This document shows, piece by piece, positions 1-14,430 of a stretch of 64,000 nt of DNA. Positions within the stretch are counted from its first letter, which is position 1; each line of letters starts with the position of its first letter. The DNA is from the human T2T-CHM13v2.0 reference genome, Homo sapiens: NCBI RefSeq assembly GCF_009914755.1, contig NC_060926.1, one strand, 5' to 3'. The notes beneath the pieces are model-generated. The model was not told the DNA's origin. It ran no database searches and saw nothing but the letters and a program-made list of their open reading frames with translations. The position numbers were made by a program, and so were the translations under genes.

Positions 1-303
1 ATATATATACCCATATATATATTCCCATATATATATACCTATATATATATTCCCATATATATATTCCCGTATATATATATTCCCATATATATATTCCCGT
101 ATATATATATTCCCATATATATATTCCCATATATATATTCCCATATATATATTCCTATATATATATATTCCCATATATATCTATATATATTCCCATATAT
201 ATCTATATATATATATTCCCATATATATCTATATATTCCCATATATATCTATATATATATTCCCATATATATCTATATATATATATATTCCCATATATAT
301 ATA
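1..303. repeat. AT-rich minisatellite (TA)n-TTCCC, expanded inside the MLT2A LTR
   Basis: Repeated ATATATATATTCCC / ATATATATCT units. Confidence 0.95.
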
Positions 304-668
304 CGGGAGTTAATTATTAACTTACAGGATCACAAGGTCCTGCAATAGGCTGTTTGCAAGCTGAGGAGCAAGGAAAGCCAGGCCGAGTCCCAAAATTGAA
401 GAACTTGAGGGCAGGAAGCATCCAGAATGGGGGAGAAAGACGTAGGCTGGGAGGCTAGTCCAGTCTCTCGTTTTCACGTTTTTCTGCCTGTCTTATATTC
501 GATGGCAGCTGATTAGATTGAGCCCACCAGATTAAGGGTGGATCTGCCTTCCCAAGCACACTGACTCACATGTTAATCTCTTTTGGCAACACCCTCACAG
601 ACACACCCAGGATCAATATTTTGTATCTGTCAATCCAGTCAAGTTGACACTCGGTATTAACCATCACA
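1..668 (-). mobile_element. MLT2A (MLT2A1/A2, HERVL) LTR, running off the window start
   Basis: Reverse complement from 668 reads TGTGATGGTTAATACCGAGTGTCAACTTGACTGGATTG...GATCCTGGGTGTGTCTGTGAGGGTGTTGCC, the MLT2A 5' end. Colinear with the second copy at 42976-43410. Confidence 0.9.
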
Positions 669-699
669 CTTTCTAAAGGCAGATTTTGGTGGTCATGAT

Positions 700-930
700 T
701 TATGGCATGCAACCTACGTGACAAGGTCTGAGCTAAGAGAAGTAGAGGTAGCTGGAAGGAATAGATTTGAAAGATATTCCATTGGCAGAATTGACATGGT
801 GCCAATAGATGTGAATGATGAAGAGAAGGGAGTTGAAGATGGTGCTGTTTTCTGCTTGAACCACCAAATGATGGGCCCTTCTATAAGTTGAGCTCTTGAA
901 TGAGGGATGAGTGTTATTGGAGTGGAGAGA
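700..930 (-). mobile_element. L2 fragment
   Basis: GAAGAGAAGGGAGTTGAAGATGGTGCTGTTTTCTGCTTGAAC resembles antisense L2 3' ORF2 sequence; highly diverged. Confidence 0.5.
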
Positions 931-1270
931 ATTGACCTGCATGTTCCACAACTCCCCCATACACGCCATTCCCCTCACCCAGGCAGGCTGCCCGTCCAGC
1001 TCTCACTCTCCCTCCAACAATTCAGCAATGCCCACCTCTAAAGCTCAGGCTATTCTCCAATTCAGATCGTCCCTGCACATTTTGACTGATTGACAGCTGC
1101 TTCATCTCTCAAGATTTATTTGATGTTCTCTTTTCTGCAGGAATTTCCCTTAAGCCCAGCCCTCTGACCAAGTGTTGCCCCAGGACTCTCATGTCATTTA
1201 GAAACAGGGACCATGGAGACATGTAGGTACATTCTATATACCATGCATGGTGTATAGAATTTCAAGACTT

Positions 1271-1427
1271 GGCCAGGTGTGGTGGTGCATGCCTGTAATC
1301 CCAGCTACTTGGAAGGCTGAGGTGGGAGAACTGCTCAAACCTGGGAGCGGAGGTTGCAGTGAACCAAGATGTCACCACTGCACGCCAGTCTGGGTGACTG
1401 AGTGAGAATGTCTTAAAAAAAAAAAAA
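1271..1427 (+). mobile_element. Monomeric Alu (right arm only, AluS-type) with 15-bp TSD
   Basis: GGCCAGGTGTGGTGGTGCATGCCTGTAATCCCAGCTACT...GGAGGTTGCAGTG...poly(A). TSD AGAATTTCAAGACTT at 1256-1270 and 1428-1442. Confidence 0.92.
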
Positions 1428-2561
1428 AGAATTTCAAGACTTGATCAATCATTTGTATATTTGTGTGTTGTAATAGAGACAAACTGTTTTGAGAAAACTC
1501 TTGGATTTTCCTTTTGGATAGACATTTGACCCCATTTTGCACAAAACACATGATCCTCTATTCTCCTAAATGTCTTGGATAGAGTTATGAGTTTTCACAA
1601 ATGAATGGAAACCCTACTATTTGCTTGTTTGGGCTTCTCCTTCAATCCATGACATAAAGCAATGGCATTTGAGGCAGTGAATTGAACCTTAATCCTTGAC
1701 TGCTTTATCAAAAGCCTGGATAATGGAAGTGATATTTATGAGGACTTGTTTGAAGGGCATGCTGTTTATCCCTTCCTCTAGTTGTGCTAATTTTTATTCC
1801 TGCATCAAGCTGTGCACTTGGACCATATGTTCTTAGTCCCCAGCAGAATTTTCATGCATTTTAATGTTATTTCCTTGGCTTACATCCAGAGATATTATAC
1901 ATAATGGCTTTATGAAAACTATTACTGTGTGGGATGTCTTTGAGGTAGTGTGCGTTAGGTCATTGCTCCAGCTTCCTTCTAGATGAAGCCTAGAGCAAGG
2001 GCCAGGAAAGACTTTGCTTCCTCTGAGGAGCTGGGACACTTTTTACTTTGTGGTAACAAGACTGACTGTATCTTGGTTTTTGGATTGATCATAGGAAGCG
2101 CAGAGCCAAATGTACAGGTGAGTTGTAGCAACCATGAAAGCCTCTATGGTTTGCACAAAGGGAATGAGTAGAGTTAACAGAGTGGAAGCACCTGTGGACA
2201 TTGCTAGCCCCACAGAAAGGGAGTGGGGAGAATAGCAGAGACATCAATCATTTAATAGGCTGAGAGTTCTTGCTGCTGGCATTCTCCAATCCCCCAACCT
2301 GGACAGCTTTCTATTTTGATTCTCACCTGCTTTATGACTGTGGCAAGTAATCAACCTTTTCCTGACTTTGGCTTCTTGTAAAGTGAGGGCTTACATGAGA
2401 GGCTGTCCAATTGGAGGTTAATTAGAGGCCATCTCAGAGCGTGTCTTGATGATGCCTTCCTTCCCAGGTCCTTGGCCCCTACCCTTCCTTATTCTCACTC
2501 CCACCTCTGCCTATTCTGAGATAACACCAGGTGCTTCTCCACACAGGTGAGTCCTGTCTAC

Positions 2562-2897
2562 TGCAGGCGTTCTGAAACTTAGCTACACAGTAGAATGATC
2601 TGGGGAGATTTAAAACAGTCCAATGTCCCAGCTGGCATCCTTTACAGAATAAATTAGTCTCTGAAGTGGGACCCTGGCACCTTTATTTTTTACGGTTCCC
2701 CGGATGAGGCCATTGTGAAGCTGCATTGGAGAACCTGTACTTTTGCAACTTTACTGTCCCTTTGAATTGCCTGGGGATCTTTTAAGTGCAGATTCTGACT
2801 CAGTGGGTTTGAAGAGAGGCCTGAGAGTTTACATTTTTAAAAAACTTTTAGATGATGTGATGTTGTTGGTTCCTGTGTCACACTCTGAGTGGCAAGG
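2562..2897. mobile_element. Two adjacent MER5-family (hAT-Charlie) fragments
   Basis: TAGAATGATCTGGGGAGATTTAAAA...GGAGAACC and GCAGATTCTGACTCAGTGGGTTTG...CACACTCTGAGTGGCAAGG are typical MER5A/B motifs. Confidence 0.65.
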
Positions 2898-3319
2898 TGA
2901 AGACACATATTTGGTGGATAATGCAAAAAAGGAAGGACACCTGACTCAGTCCCGCTGGAGCCCAGGGGAGGGGGAACCAGCATGCTGAAATGAGCACAGC
3001 CATGATCTGCATTCTGCTTCACTGAGCTATTGACAAAGTTAAGTTCAGTGTGAGGCCCGGAGTTTTGGGGGAACCATGAAGCCAAGCATATTCTGTAACC
3101 AATGAGGCTGAGAGCACCTTAGAAACACATTCACTTTTCCAACTTCAGAATCTAAATCATCATAGGTGTTTGCTAAATGAGTAAAGAGATGCGGAACAGG
3201 CACTCTCTTCTTTGAGGGCAGAAAAGGACCCACTTTATTGCTATAGTGTGACTTGAGACAAGGATTCTGTCTCAGGGTGTTTCATGAAGAAAAGATAAGG
3301 CGTGGTATTAGATTCAGGG

Positions 3320-3556
3320 TCAGGCTCCAGCCCAAGCTGAGGTCCAAAGGGAGTGGGTGACTGAATGGCAGATAGCTGAAAGAACACTTGGGGGTGCCGT
3401 AGGTAGGTGAAATACAGCTTTATTCAGCAGCTCTCTCATCAGCAGTTCTCTTACCCTGTCTGCTCTGTCTCGGCTACTTGCTCTGGTCACTCCCATGCAC
3501 AGTTGTGCAGCTGGCTCTCCCTTTAGGGTCAGCAGCTTAACTCTCTCTCTGGACAT
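3320..3556 (-). mobile_element. ERVL LTR 3' half (LTR18B-like)
   Basis: Minus strand: GAGAGAGCTGCTGAATAAAGCTGTATTTCACCTACC...GTGTTCTTTCAGCTATCTGCC...GGACCTCAGCTTGGGCTGGAGCCTGA, an LTR R/U5 region with AATAAA. Family name from memory. Confidence 0.6.
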
Positions 3557-3943
3557 TAGTGCTCATGACTGATACTCTATCTTACAGGAAAATGACATTT
3601 GCTATTATGTGATTCAAAGCATACTTGTTAATTATCATATTTTTAGCAGATACATAACATCCATTTTTAGAACATTCAGGAAAAAAAGTCATGTCTTTGA
3701 AGACATGTCTAGGTTACAAAACTCTGGGTAGTCATATAAGAGCTTTCTTTTCTCTTTCTTCTCCCCCTTTACTTTTGGTCAATTATAAGCCAGAATGAAA
3801 AGACGTAGTTGACTTCAGAATGGTGACTTACTCCAACCAAGAGAGAGTGTTGCTGTATAACACTGCATTTTCAGTGTGTGCAGGAAGTATGATGGTTGGG
3901 GGACTCTTTGCCATGGTTATGTGATCTCATGTCAAGGACAGGC

Positions 3944-4307
3944 TGTTATGAACTGTTACCCCCTAAAATTCATATTTTGAAATTGATTCCCCAATGTGAT
4001 AGTATTTGGAGGTGGAGCCTTTGGGAAGTGATTAGGTCATGAGGGTGGAGCCCTCATGAATGGGATTAGTGCCCTTATAGGAAAAGGCCAGAGAGCTAGT
4101 ACCTCTCTTTTCATCATGTGGGGACACAGCAAGAAGTCAGAAGCCTACAATCCGGAAAAGGACCCTTGCCTGAACCTGACCATGCTGGCACCTGATCTGG
4201 GGCTTCCAGCCTTGGAACTGTAAGAAATGAATTTTAGTGGTTCATAAGCCACTCAGTTCACAGTACTTAGTTATAGCAGTATAACTTAATAGTAGCCCGA
4301 ATGAAGA
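3944..4307 (+). mobile_element. MaLR LTR (MLT1A/MLT1A0-like)
   Basis: TG start; CCCCAATGTGATAGTATTTGGAGGTGGAGCCTTTGGGAAGTGATTAGGTCATGAGGGTGGAGCCCTCATGAATGGGATTAGTGCCCTTATA; CTTCCAGCC...GAACTGTAAGAAAT. Confidence 0.88.
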
Positions 4308-5415
4308 TGGAGATTGTGTTTGAAAGCAGGTGGATGTAGCCAACTGTATAGTTCCAATAAAAGGAGTGGTAGTTTGATAATAGAGGGGGGAAAATGAAGA
4401 CTGATTTCATGCATTGAGGTTTGATTTACATTTTTGCTATCAGAGTTTATTTCCTGCTTTAAATGGAATCATTCATGGTGAAGAATAAATCAAATTCTGC
4501 TTGAATTTTCACAGTCAGGATTGGGTGTTTTCTCTTTTTAAGACTTAAAAAGGAGCCAGGCTCACTGTTACTTCCTGTGCTGTCACCTGAAGCAAAGCAG
4601 AGTCTGAAATTCACCCTTAAAGAGACAGAGCAGGGGAACAGAAGATCTTGCTTGCAATCATAGACTCACTTTTTCCCTTTTCTCTTTCTTAAAAAAAAAC
4701 CCCGCATTTCTCATTTTCCTTCTTTCTAATTTCCCCCTTTCTCTTAGGTGGAGTAAAACATGAGCTTCCAGAACTAGGTAGTGCAGTGAGCAAAGTGGCT
4801 GTATTTCTTTCTACAAATGTGCACTTCCTGTTCATGTTTTGCAGGTCACAGGAACGCCTGTGTGGCTTCAATCTGCCTATGTCCCTTCACTGTGGGGTAA
4901 ACTCACATCAGGCTTGGAGGTTGGCTGATGGCATGCTGCTGACCTTTATTAAAACTTTTGTGTGTCATATTTTTTGGACCTCTTTCCCTCCAAGAGCTTC
5001 TACTGCAATCCAGAATGGAACCCTTGAGGATGAACGCTGGTGTCTTGGCACTTGTGCGACTATGTTCTACTCCCATCAGGGGTCCTGTCCCTCGGGACTT
5101 TGATACAATTTCTTACTCACTTCAAAGGAGGGTATTCTGGATAGTGCCTTATAAAGCATGTAATACGTGAATAAATTCTCGTTGGGAAGGGAGCCCTGTT
5201 TAGGGACTTCATCTGGAATGTGCTAAAAAGCAAAACAAAGTAATTTAAAAAGAGTCAGTCAAGCCTTCCTATTTAGAAGAGTAGACCACAAAGTTAGGGC
5301 TAGAATCTGGAATAGGGTTGGAGTTGAGAGTGGAAACTGATCTGCGTAATTAAGTAACAGGAATTTGTAGGGATTTGGAGTCTTCCTGATGCATTGCATA
5401 GGGAAGGTGGAAATT

Positions 5416-5417
<2 letters not shown>

Positions 5418-5449
<32 letters not shown>
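5418..5449. repeat. (TG)n microsatellite
   Basis: About 16 GT units. Confidence 0.95.
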
Positions 5450-5451
<2 letters not shown>

Positions 5452-6014
5452 ACGTATAGATAATGAAGAGGAGTGCAAAGGAAATAGTTAAAGAAGAGAA
5501 AAAAAGTCTTGGTAATGAAAGGAAGTCCATCAATTTAAAACTAGAAACTGTGCAATTCTTGGCAAGGATGGCGGAAGAAAGGGTTAATGAAGAAAATAGG
5601 TGAATGAATTGTGTGTGTACCATGCACATGGTGCCATGGTTCACTATCAATATTCAGTAAGTGTCTGGTTTCCAGGAAAGCCTGGTATCAGGGTTGCTCT
5701 GAGGAATAAAAGAGAGAGTTTGAGTTGCACACCAAAGGGGTTGAGGTGATGGAAGAAAGCCAGCAGCCTTAGGAAGTGAGAAAACTAGCAACTCCTGGGA
5801 GTCATAGGAAGCAGGAATGTGGAGCCAGGGTGGGGAGGAGAAAGTAAGCCCTTGGAAATCTGGAAGAGACTGGGTTTTCCAGTATATGTGGAATGGGGAC
5901 TTAGGTCATTTAAAGTGGATTTACTAGGAAAGGTTGAGCTCAGAATGCTGGAAGACTTGGGGACATGTGGGTTAAAAGCTTTAGATATGAAGACATTGAG
6001 CAGGACTCATAGTT

Positions 6015-6260
6015 AATAATCATAGCTAACACATGAAGAGTGTTTACTAAATGCTAGGCACAGTTTTAAGACTTCATTAACCCAGTTTCTTCAATAACTG
6101 ATGAAGCAGATGCTTTTAATATCTACTTGTTAAAATTTTTTAAAATTACAAATTAGAAAACCGAGGTTCCTGGGTGAGGAAATTGCTTAAGGTGACAGGG
6201 CTGGTTAGTTTGAGTGTTACCATTCAACCCAAATTCAACCCAAATTCAACCCAAGGGATG
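6015..6260 (-). mobile_element. MIR
   Basis: AATAATCATAGCTAACAC...TGCTAGGCACAGTTTTAAG...GAAAACCGAGG...TTGCTTAAGGTGACAG, the MIR core. Confidence 0.75.
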
Positions 6261-6649
6261 TGTCTTCTCCTACCTTGTGTCCTGGAACAAGGGACTCCAC
6301 CCCTTCAGAGTCGAGGTTGTTCTCTTCATTAGAATGAAAGTGTTGGGCTCATTGATTGATTGATTCATTCATTCACTCATTCATTTAAAGCATTAAATGA
6401 GAGTTTAGCATGCCTCAATAAGAGGATTTTCTGCCTGCTTTGGGGTTTCTGGCAGAATGCTGGTGGGAGCCTGGAACTCTGAGAGCTCCTGACAAACCTT
6501 CAGCCCTTTATTTCCACAGCATCTGCTACCCCTCACCACTTCCAACACTCCTTTTGCCCTGCTTGGATCAGTCACCCCAACTGCCTCAGGTCAGCTCTCA
6601 GCCCCAGACTCTGACCCCCACAAATATCTGTAATACAACTTTCTGTTTT

Positions 6650-8040
6650 TCATCAAATCTTTTCCAATTCCTGTAACTCTTTCCCTGTGATCTCTTCATA
6701 TGGTTGGACATCAATACAAAACACCTCTAGCATCATTCTTTCCTGATGGTTCCCTTTACCTTTGATTCCCTGAAACTTAGCCCTCCCAGAAGGACACTGC
6801 CTCTCTCCCAAAATGGGCTTACATGTGGTGAGGGGGGTGTCCCTGCCTCTTCTGGGAGACTCCCGACCATTTTTTCTTTCCTTCCAATATTCTAACTGTC
6901 CCCCCAGTTCTGTATCCATGGTCCCAGTTTGTACCACCCACCACTACTTCTTGAAGTCATGTGCCAACTCCTAGGTCACTCCCCGCACTGTTTGAAGTTT
7001 TTAGTTCCAGACTCACTATTAATAGGTGACACATTACCAGGGTGAGTGGTCTCAGCATCCATTTAGGAGACCCTTTTATCCCTGGGGCCTCCAAATCCCT
7101 TGGCCTCCTCTTCTTTTTCTCATCCACCTAAGTACTCATTCCCACAATCATATGTATGATTTCATTACTATCAGTGATAACAGCAACTTCTCCATGGTCT
7201 CCCATTTTAAGCATCCTTCTCTCTGTCCTTTGCCATCTTTTTGGCTTCTTTCTCTTAGTACCCTTGACTCCAACAATCGTTTAACCTCACAGCATCCTGC
7301 AATCTATTAATTCTATTATTTTTTTCCCACTATCTGTCTTTCATATGTCATCACTGCTCTATTTACCCAACTGAAATTCCATAGCCTTTCATTTCAACCA
7401 GCTAGAATCTGGACTCTGCTGGACAAAAACATTCTGGTCTTGCTGTAAATTCATGATCATTAATTTCAAGTGGACCCTTACAGCAATGCAGCAAACATTT
7501 GATAATCTCCTAGTGCATTCTTGGTCCCATGCTCCTATGCAACAGTTTTATTATTCACCTTCATCTCTTTCCTCAAATCTCTGACACCTTCTCCCCCATG
7601 TGCAATCTCCACTGGTGATCTTGCTGAGAAAATTGAAGTTTTCAGAGGGAAACCTCTGTAAATTAACACCAACCCATCTACTCACCAGCCTGAACCTGTG
7701 TCCTTATGCATTGCTTCCTCTCCTGCCGTGTAGATGAATTGTCTGTGCTCCCAGCAAGTGCTGTTCCTGAGCGGCATGTATTACATTCCATGTCCTCTTC
7801 CTACCAACGGATGTTGCTCCTGCCATTGGTTGATTGGTTGCTCTCTGACCTCACCATCACTTTTCCTTCTGTACCTGCTCTTTCCCATGAGGATGCAAAC
7901 ATACATCTTTTCAACACACACACACACACATACACACACACACACTCTTTTCTTCTCCCTTTATTGTTCCATTTGTCTCCCTCATTTATACCAAATATCC
8001 TCACAAAATCAATTGTCCTCACTCACTGCCTCCATTTCCC
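6650..8040 (+). mobile_element. L2 long fragment, upstream part (ORF2 region)
   Basis: Pyrimidine-rich degenerate L2 ORF2-type sequence. Ends at CACTGCCTCCATTTCC and appears to resume near 9220. Confidence 0.65.
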
Positions 8041-8074
8041 CCAGTATATATATATTTTGAATACACATGTACTT

Positions 8075-8450
8075 GCAGGATAGTTTCTGCAACAATTGTT
8101 TGAGTGGTATAAACAAGAGTCATTTATTTTTCTTTCCACCTGCATCTGCTGTGAGCTGACTGGCTCTTCTTCTTGTTTCTCCTCCAGGGGACGACCCAGA
8201 CCATCATTCTTCTCTGGTCTGCCACCTTCATCCTCCACTTGCAGCCTCCTTTGCAGTGACCATACAGGTGCAGAGCATGAGCAGGATGCACAGGGGTTTA
8301 TGTGGTCAGGCCTGCCTGGAGTTGGCACATAGCATTTCTGCTTCCATTCTTAGGTCTGAAATCCAGGTCACAGAGCCCTAACATAACTACAAAGGATCCT
8401 GAAAAGTGTTGTATTCCAGTGTGCCTCGGAAAAGAAAATAGGATTAATAA
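8075..8450 (-). mobile_element. Old MaLR LTR (MLT1J/K/L-like)
   Basis: CATTTCTGCTTCCATTC...GGTCACAGAGCCC..ACATAACTACAAAGGA..CTGAAAAGTGT..CAGTGTGCC..GGAAAAGAAAA is typical antisense MLT1. Confidence 0.6.
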
Positions 8451-8454
8451 ACTT

Positions 8455-9190
8455 TGATTAGACTAAATCATTGAGATTTAAAAGTTTTTTGTTGTAGCTG
8501 CTAGCATTATTTATCTTGACTAATACAGAAATTGCTATTAGTTTTTGCTGTAAAAAAACTAAAATACATGACATTGGGGAGTTTGAGAGGTGAGAAAAAA
8601 AATAGATACCACACTCTGGAGAGCTAGAGATCCATGTTATGTAGCAGCAATATATTTGGTAAATGTCCCTGTTTACTCAGATCGTAGCTCAAAGGTAAAG
8701 TGGAAAACAGAATATGTGGACTGTGGTGTGTGGAGGCCCTTATTGTCTGCATGTGCAAGACATTAGATATAAAAGATGTGCTCAATATTAACTGGACAAT
8801 TTGTCAACAAATATAAAAGCAAATAGAGTCTAGAGATGTGTGATAGGCTTGGCAAAGCCTGCTTCAGTCTTTAAATAAGATAGAAAATTTAATAAGGCTT
8901 TGGGTGAAAACTTCACAGAGCACTTCTCAGTTGAATAGAGTGACTCAGAGCAAAGATCAGATGAAGAATGTAGCTTTCCCATTCAAGCCTGATAACCTGA
9001 CTGTATCTGTCATAAAGGGGAGAGGAAGACGGAACGAGGGAGAAATGGAAGGAGGGAGGGAAGGAGTGGGAGGAGAGAGAGAGTTGAGGATTGTGCAAAG
9101 AGGTCACATAAGAACTATGTGTCCAGGAATAAACTCTGGGTGTGTTCCTGACTTATGAAACTGACTGGGTGAAGTAAATATGGGCCTCCT
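8455..9190 (+). mobile_element. MLT1 LTR 3' end plus MLT1 internal sequence
   Basis: TTGTTGTAGCTGCTAGC...TGACTAATACA|GAAATTG is the MaLR LTR/internal junction, followed by MLT1-int-like sequence (CCATGTTATGTAGCAGCAA..ATTTGGTAAA). Confidence 0.6.
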
Positions 9191-9219
9191 TTGTGCTCAG
9201 GAAGAAGACATAAGACAAA

Positions 9220-10613
9220 CATCTCTTCCCTGGCACGTTGCTTGAATCAGGCTTTCCTCCACCCCTACTCCCCTGAAGCTACTCTTGTCCAGGCACCTGA
9301 CATGGACATGCTGCTACATCAGAAGGTCCGCTCTCAGCCTTCATCCCACTTGGCCTCCCAGCAGCTTTGAGCAATTGATCACTTTCCTGTTCTTTGAAAT
9401 AATTTCTGCACTTGGGTTTGTTCTCTGCTCACTTCCTGCTGTAAGACTCCCCTGGCTTTCTTAGTCTTCCTTACTGGTTTCCCGCCATCTCCCTGATCTT
9501 TTCATGTTGGGATCCCAGGGCCCAATCCTTGGACCTCTTCTCTTGCTCTCTACACTCAGTCCCAAGATGTTCTCATTAAGTCTCATGGAATTAGATACCA
9601 TGTAGGCACTGGTACTTCCCAAATTCATGTGTCTAGTGTAGATCTCTCTCCTGGCCTTTGGATTCAGATTCATCTATCCATTGCCTTGTTATTTCACTTG
9701 TGTTAGCCATCTCAAGCCTAATGTGCATGCAACAGAATGCCTGATTGTCTCCCCTAATCTTTCATGATTTTCCCCACCCTAGGAAATGGCCATTCCCTCC
9801 TTTGGGATACTTAGGTTAATACACTTGTAGTCAACTTTACGTCCAGTTTATAACTCATATTCTTCATGCAACCTACTGGCTAATCTTGCTGTCTCTACCT
9901 TTAAGATACTCCCAGTACCTGAGCAGTTCTCTATACCATCGTGGCTACAGCCAGGCCAAGTTGTCCTCATCTCTTACTTGATCACTGCAGGAAACTGATG
10001 GCCCTGCTTCTGCGGTGCTGCCTTTTCATCCACTCTCCACGCGGTTGCCATAGTGATAAAAAATAAGTCAGATTATGTCTCTTCCCCGCTCAGACTTTGT
10101 GATGACCCCCTTGCCAAGGCCACACCCAGAGCCCTTTCAATGCTCCATGGCCCTGAGGGCCCTGACTGTCTCCTACCTCTCTGGCCTCTTCTGTTTCCCC
10201 CTTTCACTGATTCCTGTTTGGCTACTCCGGCCCTCTTGCCAGGCCTTGACTGTCCTACACATGCTCCCACTGCAAGACCTGACCTGCTGTCACCCTTCCA
10301 GATCTTTGCTCCCACGCCCATTTCACAGGGAGGCCTTTCCTCGGACTCTTGGGTAAGCTGCTTCCCCAGGTCCCCGCACTCCCTATGTGCCTTCCTGTGT
10401 TACTTTCCTCCAGAACGCTTCCCAGTTTCTACCTTAGCAATAGCTTGCCCACTTACTGTACTTGTTGCCTGTCTCTCTCCAGGAAAATAGAGGCTTAAAG
10501 AGTTAGAGATGTTTGCTTGGTTTATTTCATGCCCTGCCCAAGTGCCCAGAAGAATGCCTGGCACAGGCTAGATATTCAACACATATGTGTAGAATATTGA
10601 ATGAAGGAATAAA
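9220..10613 (+). mobile_element. L2a 3' portion with terminal tail
   Basis: CCAATCCTTGGACCTCTTCTCTT...CCCAAATTCATGTGTCTAG...TGCCTGGCACAGG...TTGAATGAAGGAAT, the L2 3' end. Confidence 0.85.
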
Positions 10614-11196
10614 TTCACGCATTTATGTAAACAGTGAAATACGTTGAAGGGACAGGTGATCCAGGCTGGCAGGAGAAAGAACGCCAAGCTGCCGGGGCAG
10701 GCCTGGGCTCTGGGAAGTCAGAGGGGCTCAGGCTGCCAGGCTGCCCCCATGTGCCTTGTCCTGTTTTGAAATTCTCTTCCACGACTGGACGGCCTCGACC
10801 CTGATGCTGAGGCTTCCTGCTCTCTGCAGACCCCACAGCACGGCGTCCTCTGGCTGCTTGGCCTGGGGGAAATGAGGAAATACATTGGTTCCCTTGGGGA
10901 CATGGGCTCATGGTGGAGGGAGGCCATCCTCCTTCCCTCTCTCCATCTTCCCTTATCACTGTCCATCATTGTCCCCTCTTTTTTTTTTTTTTTTTCATAC
11001 TTTAAGTTCTGAGTTACATGTGCAGGATGTGCAGTTTTGTTACATACGTATACACATGCCATGGTGGTTTGCTGCACCCATCAACCCATCACCTACATTA
11101 GGCATTTCTCCTAATGTTATCCCTCCCCTAGCCCCCCACCCCCCATAGGCCCTGGTGTGTGATGTTCCCCTCCCCATGTCCATGTGTTCTCATTGA

Positions 11197-14367
<3,171 letters not shown>

Positions 14368-14430
14368 TATGATGTTAGCTGGTTATTTCACCCGTTAATT
14401 AATGCAGTTTCTTCAAAGCATCAGTGGTCT

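Noticed and set aside
39-242. Repetitive YIYGNI ORF
   Set aside because: Translation of the TA-rich minisatellite.
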